Assembly: GCA_963664225.1 (NCBI GenBank)
Contig: OY760937.1
Location: 5,248,001 to 5,312,000 of the forward strand
Reading direction: 5' to 3'
Source: Verrucomicrobiia bacterium
GTDB taxonomy: Bacteria > Verrucomicrobiota > Verrucomicrobiia > Limisphaerales > UBA1319
Length of the DNA: 64,000 nt
The position numbers and the translations under genes were made by a program. Shown here piece after piece: positions 19,604 through 28,824 of this stretch; position 1 is the stretch's first letter; the number at the start of each line of letters is the position of its first letter. Below the pieces are notes generated by a model. That model was not told the DNA's origin, made no database searches, and saw only the letters and a list, made by a program, of their open reading frames with translations.

Positions 19604-21016
19604 CTAAGGAGGCAATGTAACCATCGTCGCGGTCGGTAACGGGGGCCCGACGCTCGATTCCAATTCCCACTTCTTCATTCTGCGGTAAACCGTGGCCTGA
19701 TCGACGCCCAGGATTTGGGCGGCTTCGGCGACGGTTCGCGTCTGCGCCAGCACTCGCCGGATGTGCTGTTCTTCCAGTTGTTCCAAGGTTATGAGACCTC
19801 CGCTCTGATCCGGGCTGCCGCCATTAGTCCCGGGGCTGAGGTTCTGGCGAAGTTCGGTGGGCAGGTCGCCAGGAGTGATCCTGGAATCCCGTCCCAGGAT
19901 GACGGCGCGTTCTATGGCATTACGCAACTCGCGGAGGTTGCCGGGCCAGGCGTAAGAGTAGATGCTCGCGAGGGCTTCGTCGGTGAAACCGTCAAGCTGT
20001 CGCCCGCATCGGGCCGCGAAGTGCTTCGCATAATGTTCGGCGAAGCGCCTCAAGTCGGCGGGGCGTGAGCGCATCGGAGGTATTTGCACCGTGATAACAT
20101 TGAGTCGGAAATACAAGTCCTCACGGAAGGTTCCCTCCGCAACGCGCGCCTTGAGGTCGCGGTTGGTGGCGGCCAGCACCCGCACATTTGCCCTGCGCGT
20201 AACGTTTTCGCCCAAACGCTCATATTCGCGCTCCTGGAGCAGGCGGAGGAGTTTGGGTTGAATCTCCAGTGGGAGATCTCCAATTTCGTCCAGGAAGAGC
20301 GTGCCGCCCTCGGCGGCGGAGACCTTGCCCCAGTGATCTTTGACCGCCCCGGTGAATGAGCCCCGGACATGGCCGAACAGGTCGCTTTCCAGCAGTTCCC
20401 TGGAAAGACTTGGACAACTGACCGTGATGCATGGCTTGTCTGCCAGGTGGCTGTATTGATGAACCGCGCGCGCCGCCACGCTCTTGCCGGTGCCGCTTTC
20501 TCCGAGGATGAGAATTGACGCGGGGGTCTTCGCCGCGCGGAGGAGGATTTCCATGATCTCCTGCATGGCGGGCGCTGTGAAATCAAGGAGGCATTCAGCT
20601 TCTTGCAATTTGGTCTCGGTCACCTCCCGCTCCAGACGTTCTATCTTCTGGCCCATCTGGCTGAGACGCTGCAAACGCGCCAGCACGGTCAGGAACTGCT
20701 CATTCCGGAACGGCTTTTCGAGAAAGTCCGCCGCGCCGCGCCGCATGGCTTCGACCGCCGTCTTTACGTTGCCATCGGCGGTGAACATGACCACCGGCAG
20801 TTCGGGATTTGTTTTCTGAATTTCCGTCAACACATCCAGGCCGTTCTCCGGTCCGAGGTTAAGGTCCAGGAGCACCGCGTCAAATTTTTCCTCTTTCAGG
20901 CGCTTCAAGCCGAGTGGGCCGGAGGCTGCGCCTTCGGCGTAATGCTTCTCCTCTTCGATGAGTAAACAGGTTGCTTCTCGGAAGGTCTGGTCGTCGTCGA
21001 TTATCAGAAAATCCAT
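19604..21016 (-). CDS. Sigma-54-dependent response regulator (NtrC/AlgB-like enhancer-binding protein)
   Basis: REC domain (MDFLIIDDD, LLDLNL); AAA+ GESGTGKS, ESDLFGH.RGSFTGA, LFLDEIG, FREDLYFRL, WPGNLREL; Fis-type HTH. Start set to the ATG at 21016. Confidence 0.95.
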   Translation of the reverse strand: MDFLIIDDDQTFREATCLLIEEEKHYAEGAASGPLGLKRLKEEKFDAVLLDLNLGPENGLDVLTEIQKTNPELPVVMFTADGNVKTAVEAMRRGAADFLEKPFRNEQFLTVLARLQRLSQMGQKIERLEREVTETKLQEAECLLDFTAPAMQEIMEILLRAAKTPASILILGESGTGKSVAARAVHQYSHLADKPCITVSCPSLSRELLESDLFGHVRGSFTGAVKDHWGKVSAAEGGTLFLDEIGDLPLEIQPKLLRLLQEREYERLGENVTRRANVRVLAATNRDLKARVAEGTFREDLYFRLNVITVQIPPMRSRPADLRRFAEHYAKHFAARCGRQLDGFTDEALASIYSYAWPGNLRELRNAIERAVILGRDSRITPGDLPTELRQNLSPGTNGGSPDQSGGLITLEQLEEQHIRRVLAQTRTVAEAAQILGVDQATVYRRMKKWELESSVGPPLPTATMVTLPP

Positions 21017-21024
21017 GATTGAGT

Positions 21025-22191
21025 CTAGGTTGCTGGCTGTGGGAGCCGAATGATGAGAGTGGCACCCTCGCCGGGGATGCCCTCGCACTCCAGTTGTCCA
21101 TTCATCGCTTGCACGAGCTTCAGTGCAATACTGAGTCCCAAACCGCTGCAGGGTTCTCCACCCGTAGGTCGGGCTGAGAGACGGGCGTAGCGTCGAAACA
21201 TCCGCACCCGATCTTGTGCGGTGAAGCCGGGACCGTGATCCCGGATCCGGCATTCGACGTGTCCGGTGCCCGGACGCACGGAAATGATGATCCGTCCGCC
21301 TGCCGGTGAGAACTTTATGGCGTTGGAGAGCAGGTTTCCGAGCGCCTGATCGAGGGCGGACGCATCGGCGAGCACAGTGGTGCCCTCGCTGGCGAGGTCC
21401 CTCTCCAGCACCAACTTCTTGCTTTGAGCAGCCTCTGAGAATTGGAGGAGGGCATGGGCTGCGGCATCTGAAAGCTTAAGTCTCGCCAGGTTAAGAGAGA
21501 CGCAGCGGTCGGCGGCGGCGTTGGCGAGAAACTGGGTTACGAAGGTCAGCAACTGCCCCCCGGAACGCAGGATGTTTTTCGACAGCATGGCGGCGCGCTC
21601 ATCGCCCAGATTCTTGATCCGCTTATCCAATACCTGGGAGCTTATCTGCATGCCGCCAAGATGATTCTTCAAATCATGCGCCAGCATGCCGAGCAATTCA
21701 TCCTTATCCTCGGCCAGTTGCTTAAGCCGGTCGCGCGCGCATTTTAAATCGAGCTGGGTTTTAATCCTCAAGATCAGCTCGGCCTGGTTAAAGGGTTTGG
21801 TGATGTAGTCCACGCCCCCAGCCTCGAGAGCTTGCACCACCAGATCTTTGTCGTCCGCCGCAGAAACAAATATCACGGGAATTTCCCGCCAATCAGGATT
21901 CGCGCGCAGCCGCCGACAAACTTCGCATCCGTCCATCTCCGGCATCAGCAAATCGAGGAGAATTAAATCAGGCATGCGAACCGCCAACCGCTTAAGGGCG
22001 GTCGGCCCATCGAGCGCAGGGATGATTTCGTATCCCAACTTGCCCAGGACTGAACCAACGACCTGAATATTGGTCTGTTGGTCGTCCACCACCAGGATCC
22101 GGGCCAGCGCCAGTGTGCTGGCTTCGGGATTGAGCTGAGTCGTCGGAGCCTGAGGGGACGTGGGCAAAATCATTTCGGCAGGCTCTTGCAT
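21025..22191 (-). CDS. Hybrid response regulator-histidine kinase (REC-HisKA-HATPase)
   Basis: VVDD, LLDLLMPEMDG, DYITKPF; AHDLKNHL; NLLSNAIKF, DHGPG, GLGL. Confidence 0.93.
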   Translation of the reverse strand: MQEPAEMILPTSPQAPTTQLNPEASTLALARILVVDDQQTNIQVVGSVLGKLGYEIIPALDGPTALKRLAVRMPDLILLDLLMPEMDGCEVCRRLRANPDWREIPVIFVSAADDKDLVVQALEAGGVDYITKPFNQAELILRIKTQLDLKCARDRLKQLAEDKDELLGMLAHDLKNHLGGMQISSQVLDKRIKNLGDERAAMLSKNILRSGGQLLTFVTQFLANAAADRCVSLNLARLKLSDAAAHALLQFSEAAQSKKLVLERDLASEGTTVLADASALDQALGNLLSNAIKFSPAGGRIIISVRPGTGHVECRIRDHGPGFTAQDRVRMFRRYARLSARPTGGEPCSGLGLSIALKLVQAMNGQLECEGIPGEGATLIIRLPQPAT

Positions 22192-22192
22192 A

Positions 22193-24322
22193 TTAATTGG
22201 GCTCCGACAATCGTTTCACCAGATCTGGAAACCGATTAACTTGTTCCTCAAGCTCGACCACTTCATAGGCATCGGCCCGCTGAGCCAGAGCCTGAGCGTA
22301 TTCTGCCAGCGCCGGGCAAGGCCAGCTTTCCGCGAGGGCTTTTAGTTTCCCGGCAAAGGCTTTGGTTTCGTTGATCGCCAGATTGTCGCGGATCGTCGGC
22401 CATTCCTCCTTGCTCAGGCGGTGCAGCTCTGCGACGAATTCTGGGGGCGACGGGGACGGAGTGAGCGGGGGCGCGTTCGTGGTCCGTTCCGACGGCTCCC
22501 CCGGCTGTGCGCGGCGGGGCAGGAAGTGCGACACTTCGGTGAACAACTCGTGCTTCGAGAATGGCTTGCGCAAATGAGCATTGAACGTCTCCCGCATCCC
22601 GGCTTCGTCCTGGAGCTGCGTCGAGGCCGTGACTGCGATCACGGGGACCGCTTCCAGGCCGGGCGATTTGCGGATTTGGTTGAAAGCCTCCCGCCCGTCC
22701 ATGCCGGGCATACGGAGGTCGAGCAGGATGAGGTCTGGCCGAAGGGTTCGCGCCTTGCTGACTGCCTCGAGACCATCGCTGCCGAATTCAAGCTTGTGGT
22801 CTGAGCCTGCGAACATACTCGCAATGAGTTGGCGATTCTCCCCGTTGTCATCCACCACGAGCACCAAGGCTGGCTCCAGTTGGTTGAAGTCGCCGCCCGC
22901 CTCCGAGGATTGTGGCTCATTCGCCGGGAGGCGCATTGAGATCGGGATGTTCGGAAATCGCAGATGGAAGGTGGCGCCGTGGCCCAACGTGCTCGTCGCG
23001 AAAATGGTTCCGCCCATGGCCTCGGTCAAGCGCCTGACAATGGCAAGACCCAGGCCCGTGCCTTGCGTCTCTTTCTCGCGATTTGCACCGGCCTGGACGA
23101 ACGGCTTGAAAATGACCTCCAGTTTGTCTGGCGGAATGCCGACGCCGGTGTCCTCCACTTGGATGTTCAACACAATCTGGCTGCTGCTTTCCCCCTTCTC
23201 CCAATCAAGGCGCACATCAATACTACCGCGGTCGGTGAACTTCACGGCGTTGCCCACTAGGTTGACCATGATCTGGCGCAATCGGATGCGATCCAGCAAC
23301 AGGGAGCGGGGCAGATCGTCCGGGACCTTGCACTCCAGCTTAATGTTTTTCCGCAAGGCGGGTTCGGCGAAAATGGTTTGGATGAATTCGCCGATCTCCC
23401 GTGGGTTGGTGGGCTCCGGTTGTATCGTCAGCACGCCCGCCTCGATCTTCGACATGTCGAGAATGTCGTTGATAAGTTGCAGCAGCGAGGAGGCGCTGGA
23501 CCGGATGGATTTCAGATACTGGCGGTGCCTCGGCTCGTGCAGTTCGCCGTCGAGCAGCTCACTGAAGCCGAGAATGGAGTTCATGGGCGTGCGGATTTCG
23601 TGGCTCATGTTTGCGAGGAAGACGGTCTTCTCCTGGCTGTTGCGCTCGGCCTGGAGTTTGGCCTCAACCAGGGCTTGCTCGCGTTCCTTGTGCTGCAACA
23701 TCACACGAGAAAGCCAGAAGGCGAAGACGCCGGCCCAAATCCCCAACATCCCGGCGGCCAGGCTGGTCAAGCTGGCGCGAAGCAGTTCCTTTCGCGTGGA
23801 CTCGAGGTGAATCGCAACCAGGTGCCCCGGCGCCTGGCGAATCTGGCCCAACTCCGTCCGCAAATCGTCCAAGAGGTCCTTGCTCACACCCGTGGCGACA
23901 ATCCCTTTGGCGGCTGTAAAGCCTTGTGTCCTGCGCGTGTTGTTGACACTCTCGAACCGGTCGAGAATTACCGAAATCCGGTCCCGTAAACCAGCCACGC
24001 GCCGGAGCATCTCGGGATCGTTCCGCACAATGTCCACCAAATGGTCAAGCTCGATGGCCAGATTGGTCCGGCCTGCAAGCATCGGTACCAGAAACGCTTC
24101 GTCGCCGGTGATGACAAAACCGCGTTCACCGGTCTCACAATCAACAAGCAATTTCAGCACCTCTTGAGAAGAGACCTCGACGTCGAACGCATGCCGAGAC
24201 GCAGTCAGTCTGCGGGAAAGCTGCACCCATGTAACCAACGCGAGAACCACGCTCCCAATTGAAAGTGACAGCCATAGGACCACCACCGTCTTGTAAACGC
24301 TTCTGTTTGGTTGTCGCGGCAT
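22193..24322 (-). CDS. CHASE3-domain hybrid sensor histidine kinase (CHASE3-HisKA-HATPase-REC)
   Basis: Two TM helices around DCETGERGFVITGD (CHASE3); SHEIRTPMN, NLVGNAVKFT, DTGVGI, GTGLGL; REC LLDLRMPGMDG. Confidence 0.93.
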   Translation of the reverse strand: MPRQPNRSVYKTVVVLWLSLSIGSVVLALVTWVQLSRRLTASRHAFDVEVSSQEVLKLLVDCETGERGFVITGDEAFLVPMLAGRTNLAIELDHLVDIVRNDPEMLRRVAGLRDRISVILDRFESVNNTRRTQGFTAAKGIVATGVSKDLLDDLRTELGQIRQAPGHLVAIHLESTRKELLRASLTSLAAGMLGIWAGVFAFWLSRVMLQHKEREQALVEAKLQAERNSQEKTVFLANMSHEIRTPMNSILGFSELLDGELHEPRHRQYLKSIRSSASSLLQLINDILDMSKIEAGVLTIQPEPTNPREIGEFIQTIFAEPALRKNIKLECKVPDDLPRSLLLDRIRLRQIMVNLVGNAVKFTDRGSIDVRLDWEKGESSSQIVLNIQVEDTGVGIPPDKLEVIFKPFVQAGANREKETQGTGLGLAIVRRLTEAMGGTIFATSTLGHGATFHLRFPNIPISMRLPANEPQSSEAGGDFNQLEPALVLVVDDNGENRQLIASMFAGSDHKLEFGSDGLEAVSKARTLRPDLILLDLRMPGMDGREAFNQIRKSPGLEAVPVIAVTASTQLQDEAGMRETFNAHLRKPFSKHELFTEVSHFLPRRAQPGEPSERTTNAPPLTPSPSPPEFVAELHRLSKEEWPTIRDNLAINETKAFAGKLKALAESWPCPALAEYAQALAQRADAYEVVELEEQVNRFPDLVKRLSEPN

Positions 24323-24561
24323 TTTGTTGGTTCCTATCAAAACTCGTTCGTGGAAATCATCCGCGCGAACAAACTACAACGTCGAAAGCAGAATGTCTAA
24401 TTGGAGCCCCAGCGATTCTCAATATGGCGATTCCCACGGAATCTCCGCTCGCTGAGCCAACAAACTCCCTTTTGCGAAACTGTCGTGCCCTGAATCTGCA
24501 GCAAAGTCGCCCAAAAGCCTGGGGCGCGGACCTCCTGTCTTCCGAAGGTTGTGGTCCTAAT

Positions 24562-24725
24562 TAGAATTCAAATCGAGAGAAGTTCTCCCACCTTGGACAA
24601 ATTGGAGATTCGGTGGCTTTTACGATGACGAGCAGCGGTATCGCCAAAAGCGCGCCGGGCATATCCCAGAGCCCGGCGAAGAGCATCAGCGAAACAAAAA
24701 TCACAAGCGGATTTAAAGCGTGACC
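24562..24725 (-). pseudogene. C-terminal fragment of an AI-2E family transporter
   Basis: Minus strand LNPLVIFVSLMLFAGLWDMPGALLAIPLLVIVKA; no upstream gene body. Confidence 0.7.
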
Positions 24726-24863
24726 GCGGACATGCCGACGATCGATCTAAAACAGGGAATGAAGTTCAGACCAGCGGCGCCCCAGCCACCCATAGCGGCG
24801 TTGGGCTGGCCCAGCAGATGGAGGCTGATTCCGACCACATTTAAGCCTCTTTTTAGATTCTTC

Positions 24864-25019
24864 TCAGCCAAGTTTTTTGCCTTGAATCAGATTCACGACA
24901 ATCATGACCAAGGCGACTACCAGAAGGATGTGGATAAATCCCCCTAGCGTGTAAGAGGAGGCCAATCCCAAGACCCACGCAATAATCAGGACGAGGGCAA
25001 CAGTATAAAGGCTATTCAA
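24864..25019 (-). CDS. lmo0937-family small membrane protein (absent from the ORF track)
   Basis: 51 aa from a TTG start: SLYTVALVLIIAWVLGLASSYTLGGFIHILLVVALVMIVVNLIQGKKLG. Confidence 0.8.
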   Translation of the reverse strand: MNSLYTVALVLIIAWVLGLASSYTLGGFIHILLVVALVMIVVNLIQGKKLG

Positions 25020-25090
25020 TTATGGCCAAAGGTTTGAAGAAGTGAGAAAGGAAGTTCCCAGCCGCAGACACACAAGGACGGAACGCTGCA

Positions 25091-25705
25091 TCACGGCGCA
25101 GAATCAATTATTAACCGCCTGCGCGGGGATGAGGAAGCCCCCGCCTTTGGCCATTGGTAGTGCAGGATGTCCCCGACACCCTCTGGAGCTGGGGCCGGGC
25201 ATTCACGGCGGGACCCGATGTCCTGTGCCCCGGCAGCTTTAAAGATTGCCTTGGCCCGCGCTATTTCACGCGCACTCTCGGCATGGACCGAGATGAGGAC
25301 GATGTCGGGCTTGATCTTCCCCGCAAAGCGCGTGGCCTCATATTCAGGGATGCGCGTCCCAATTAGAGCGCCGACGATGCCGCCAATTGCCGCGCCGACG
25401 GCTGCGGAACTCAACGTTGCAAAGGCGGGGCCCACGGCGATGAGTGGCTCGATGCCTGGAAGGGGCAGGGTGCCCACACCAAGCAGCCAGCCCAGCGCTC
25501 CGCCCAGAATCCCCCCGGTCGCCGCCCCAGCGGAAGCTCCTTCCGGGGCTTTGGTGTGTTTTGTATGAGCAAAGTCCCTCGACGTAGTTTTGTCGGGAAA
25601 CATGGTTGAGATATCGTCATGGGTGAAGCCCGCAGCCAGGAGATCTCGTATTAGGATCGCCTGGCTGCGAGTGGTGGCCATACAGAATGCCGAGGTTTTT
25701 GCCAT
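25091..25705 (-). CDS. General-stress-type membrane protein with glycine-zipper helices (paralog of 30174-30836)
   Basis: DFAHTKHTKAPEGA..GA..GG..GGALGWL, IPEYEATRF, LISVH. Confidence 0.8.
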   Translation of the reverse strand: MAKTSAFCMATTRSQAILIRDLLAAGFTHDDISTMFPDKTTSRDFAHTKHTKAPEGASAGAATGGILGGALGWLLGVGTLPLPGIEPLIAVGPAFATLSSAAVGAAIGGIVGALIGTRIPEYEATRFAGKIKPDIVLISVHAESAREIARAKAIFKAAGAQDIGSRRECPAPAPEGVGDILHYQWPKAGASSSPRRRLIIDSAP

Positions 25706-25794
25706 ATTAAGTTCTTTCTTTGGTATTCGCGCTTGATCAAGATCTCGGAGAATTTCGCCGGTCCACATGATTTCAACGCCAAGCTGTTGCTTTA

Positions 25795-25809
25795 GCTAAG
25801 GCTGTGCCA
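25795..25809 (-). promoter_or_regulatory. Sigma-54 promoter
   Basis: TGGCACAGCCTTAGC (GG-N10-GC) upstream of the gene starting at 25705. Confidence 0.75.
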
Positions 25810-25889
25810 TTATTCAGCAATCCATACAAACTATTGCTTCGTAGTGACTTATGTTAATATAACTCACCGGTCCTGCCCATTTTTTAATA

Positions 25890-25930
25890 TGCATAATGCA
25901 AGTGGCAGAACATTCGTTCCGCAATTTGCG
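25890..25930. promoter_or_regulatory. Paired YGCA-N3-TGCR sites
   Basis: TGCATAATGCA at 25890 and CGCAATTTGCG at 25920. Confidence 0.65.
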
Positions 25931-26104
25931 AGAAACCTGGCGAACCGGCAGAGAAGATTTCCGTTGCCCCGAGCCGTGGCCAGGAGCATGAATAATCACG
26001 CGACGATCTTGGTTATTGTTTGAGCGGAATTTCACCAACTTCCGGGGGACGCCTTCACGAGACCAGGCAGGCTTCCAATCGTCCGTGACTTCCAGCAACG
26101 GACT

Positions 26105-26147
26105 TGCAAAATGCAATATGCAGCCCTTTAAAGCGCCGCAAAGTGCA
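26105..26147. promoter_or_regulatory. Paired YGCA-N3-TGCR sites
   Basis: TGCAAAATGCA at 26105 (overlapping TGCAATATGCA at 26112) and CGCAAAGTGCA at 26137. Confidence 0.65.
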
Positions 26148-26222
26148 AGAGATCTACCGCTAAAAACCCACGAAATCATTGCATTTATCGCGTATATGAA
26201 TGGGTTTCTTAAACAAATCCGC

Positions 26223-26237
26223 TGGCACGGTTCCTGC
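26223..26237 (+). promoter_or_regulatory. Sigma-54 promoter of the csbD unit
   Basis: TGGCACGGTTCCTGC (GG-N10-GC). Confidence 0.8.
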
Positions 26238-26299
26238 AAAGGCAATTTCAGTTGCGCAAACGTGCGCAATCCAAAGAAACAATAACGAAATCTAAATCC

Positions 26300-26494
26300 A
26301 TGAATACGCTCGAACTGAAAGGTGATTGGAACATTGCAAAGGGCAAACTTAAACAGAAGTATGCTCAACTGACCGATGACGACCTAAAATTCGCGAAAGG
26401 TCAAGAGGAGGAATTGCTGGGACGTATCCAGAAGCGAACCGGCAAGACCCGGGCGGAAGTGGAACGCGCCGTTAAGGATTGTGCCGGGTGCTAA
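26300..26494 (+). CDS. csbD: CsbD/YjbJ family stress protein
   Basis: KGDWNIAKGKLKQKYAQLTDDDL...GRIQKRTG; 64 aa. Confidence 0.92.
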   Translation: MNTLELKGDWNIAKGKLKQKYAQLTDDDLKFAKGQEEELLGRIQKRTGKTRAEVERAVKDCAGC

Positions 26495-26585
26495 AGCCCC
26501 CGATCCGCCGCTCCCAGGAAAATCTGGGGGGCGGCGAACCTTAAGGTTACGGAAAACCTTATTCGGACATAACATGCAAGAAATT

Positions 26586-26735
26586 ATGAAAACCACACAA
26601 TTCAATCGCCTCATCATCGTAATCCTCGCCGTGGCGTTGTTCGGTCTCGCCACCGCGGGTTGTAAACACACCGCGAACGGTGCGGGGAAGGATATCGAAA
26701 AGGTGGGCGAGAAGATTCAAGAGAAGACCCAATAG
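26586..26735 (+). CDS. Entericidin A/B family lipoprotein
   Basis: Lipobox TAGC followed by HTANGAGKDIEKVGEKI; 49 aa. Confidence 0.85.
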   Translation: MKTTQFNRLIIVILAVALFGLATAGCKHTANGAGKDIEKVGEKIQEKTQ

Positions 26736-26857
26736 CTTAGGGTCCGAAAATGCGCGAATAGACCAAAGAAAGGCTTGTCGTCCGAACCTGTGCCTCCCCG
26801 ACGGTCGTTAACGGACGCAGGACTGGCAGAATCAGTGAGCATAAGAACAAAACCGAA

Positions 26858-27232
26858 ATGAAACGCACCGGCAACATGGTAGAACCCAAACGTGGGCGAT
26901 CTGCCAGCACATTCAACAATCCCTGCGCGAGGCCACACAGGTATGCTCAGATCGATACCAGCAAAGGCCAGGCCGGGACGCTCATTGAATTCCGGATTGA
27001 GGCGCCGAATGCGCACTCGGTCAAACTCGCTGCGGACTTCACGGATTGGGAGAAAGCCGCGATCAAACTGGTTAACAAAGGCAATGGAATCTGGGGGATG
27101 CAGTTGCCGTTGCCTCCGGGACGTTACGCCTACCGCTTCCTGATTGATGGGGACTGGCACGACGACCCGCGTTGCGCCGGGCGCGTTCCGAATGACTTCG
27201 GCACGAGCAATTCAGTGATTGAAGTTGTTTGA
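26858..27232 (+). CDS. Glycogen-binding (CBM48 / AMPK-beta-like early-set) domain protein
   Basis: APNAHSVKLAADFTDW...GIW...LPPGRYAYRFLIDGDWHDDP...NDFGTSNSVI. Confidence 0.85.
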   Translation: MKRTGNMVEPKRGRSASTFNNPCARPHRYAQIDTSKGQAGTLIEFRIEAPNAHSVKLAADFTDWEKAAIKLVNKGNGIWGMQLPLPPGRYAYRFLIDGDWHDDPRCAGRVPNDFGTSNSVIEVV

Positions 27233-27351
27233 ACACGAAGGTGAGTGCAGCAAACCCTGTCGGCTCGGCCTGGATTAGACACGATGCAAAATCCGAAGCT
27301 CACCATTTTGTGGACCCGTGAGCGCCCCGTGTCTGTTCCAGCGTTTCTCTT

Positions 27352-28212
27352 TCACTTTATCGTAAATCTAAAAGTGTTTGTTCGTGCTTCTTCCTTTAGA
27401 ATGACGGTCACGAATTTGCCTGCGGATTCATTGAGTCGGCTCTTGAACGCTGCGTAACTTCTCGCATCGGCCTCGTCGTCGGACACCATTTCCGGGCTAT
27501 CACCCGTTTTACTCGGCATGGGAGGCGGTGCGGGGCGCGCGCTGGCTGCCATTTCCCCCCAAGTCCTTGGCGACAGGGAAGCATTAAGTCCCATGAATTC
27601 CCGGGTTGGAATGGCAAAGCTCACGTTCTGTGCGTCCACCTTGGTCCACGAGACAATGCCGATGACTTCACCACGATTGTTGAGAATTGGGCCCCCACTA
27701 TTTCCCGGAGAAATGGGACAGGAAAGCTGATACTGTAGAAATCCGTTTATGCTCCGAACCTGGCTGATCAAACCGTCGCCGATGCTAAAATCAAAGCCTT
27801 TGGGTGCGCCAATCACGTAAGCCCGAGCCGCCACAGATTGCAGGTCGTTGCATAAAATCGCCTGCCGCCGGGGCAGTTTCTTTTCCAGCTTCAATAACGC
27901 CAGATCGCGGCCGCCGTTATGGTCAATGCACCCGATCACTCTCACGCGTTGTCCGTCAGCGAACACGGCCCAAACGGAACGCGCATCTGCAATGACGTGC
28001 CAGGCTGTCAGCGCCACATCATTTCCGCGGGCAAGCACAGCGCTGCCTACAAACCTCTTCCCGCTCTGGTTTTCCACTTCCAACGTCATCACCGAAGGCA
28101 GCACTTTTTGGTAGAGTTTTTCGGGCTCTAACGCCGCCTGCGCATGCTCCGGAATTCCCGCATGAATCAGCCATAAGCCGAGCCAGACAATTTGATGCAA
28201 CTTACAAGTCAC
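27352..28212 (-). CDS. Secreted trypsin-like (S1C-type) serine protease without PDZ domain
   Basis: Signal peptide; catalytic triad motifs TAWHV, DLALL, ISPGNSGGP. Confidence 0.88.
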   Translation of the reverse strand: MTCKLHQIVWLGLWLIHAGIPEHAQAALEPEKLYQKVLPSVMTLEVENQSGKRFVGSAVLARGNDVALTAWHVIADARSVWAVFADGQRVRVIGCIDHNGGRDLALLKLEKKLPRRQAILCNDLQSVAARAYVIGAPKGFDFSIGDGLISQVRSINGFLQYQLSCPISPGNSGGPILNNRGEVIGIVSWTKVDAQNVSFAIPTREFMGLNASLSPRTWGEMAASARPAPPPMPSKTGDSPEMVSDDEADARSYAAFKSRLNESAGKFVTVILKEEARTNTFRFTIK

Positions 28213-28589
28213 GATTGTTATATCGTCACTTCACGCCGTTCCTGAAGTGCGCATTGTTCATACTCCTGGTAAATCTTATCAGGGGGTAGCGGACACGTGA
28301 CAGACGCCCCGCGGCAGATTCACCGCGTGAGTGTGGGTGGAAGGCAGTGAACCGCAGACCCAGACGGTCAGTGCCACCCATGGCAGAACACCGTTCGCAG
28401 CTTATTCGACGCGCCTCCCTTTTTTTCCGAACAAAATGGCATTATTACCATAATGACTCACGAGAACCGATCGCGATCAGGAGTTTCCTTGTGGCCGCCA
28501 GGAAAACGCTTGGTTTCAATGGTAAAGTGCTAGCCCGGAACGAATTGAAAAACCGAACTCGTGCGTGAACTCTCTTTCACTAGAAGAAG

Positions 28590-28629
28590 TGCAGAATGCG
28601 ACACATACTCGGCTTTTTCGCAAATTGCA
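28590..28629. promoter_or_regulatory. Paired YGCA-N3-TGCR sites
   Basis: TGCAGAATGCG at 28590 and CGCAAATTGCA at 28619. Confidence 0.65.
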
Positions 28630-28719
28630 GATGCTTTACGTTCACCAACATTTCCCCTTGGTGCCTACCGACAGCTTAATCTGCTTATAATCAATAGGAT
28701 AGAGCGCCACACGTTAGGT

Positions 28720-28734
28720 TGGCACTGCGTTAGC
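28720..28734 (+). promoter_or_regulatory. Sigma-54 promoter of the PRC/BON operon
   Basis: TGGCACTGCGTTAGC (GG-N10-GC); IHF-like AATCAATAGGATA near 28689. Confidence 0.75.
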
Positions 28735-28824
28735 TAGGAGGAGCGAGGCCAAGCGCATCGGCGTCACGCCGGGGCTTGGAAATGACAAAAACCATCTACG
28801 CAAAAAAGTAAAACAAAAAGAAAT

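Noticed and set aside
21017..21253. 79-aa N-terminal extension of the bEBP given by the ORF track
   Set aside because: It overlaps the upstream kinase gene; the REC domain begins at MDFLIIDDD (21016).
24497..24512. Possible sigma-54 box upstream of the CHASE3 kinase (GGGCGACTTTGCTGC)
   Set aside because: GG-N10-GC spacing fits, but the -24 match is poor and there is no enhancer pair.
26506..26536. GC-rich hairpin after csbD as an intrinsic terminator
   Set aside because: No U-tract follows; more likely an mRNA-stabilising stem inside the operon.
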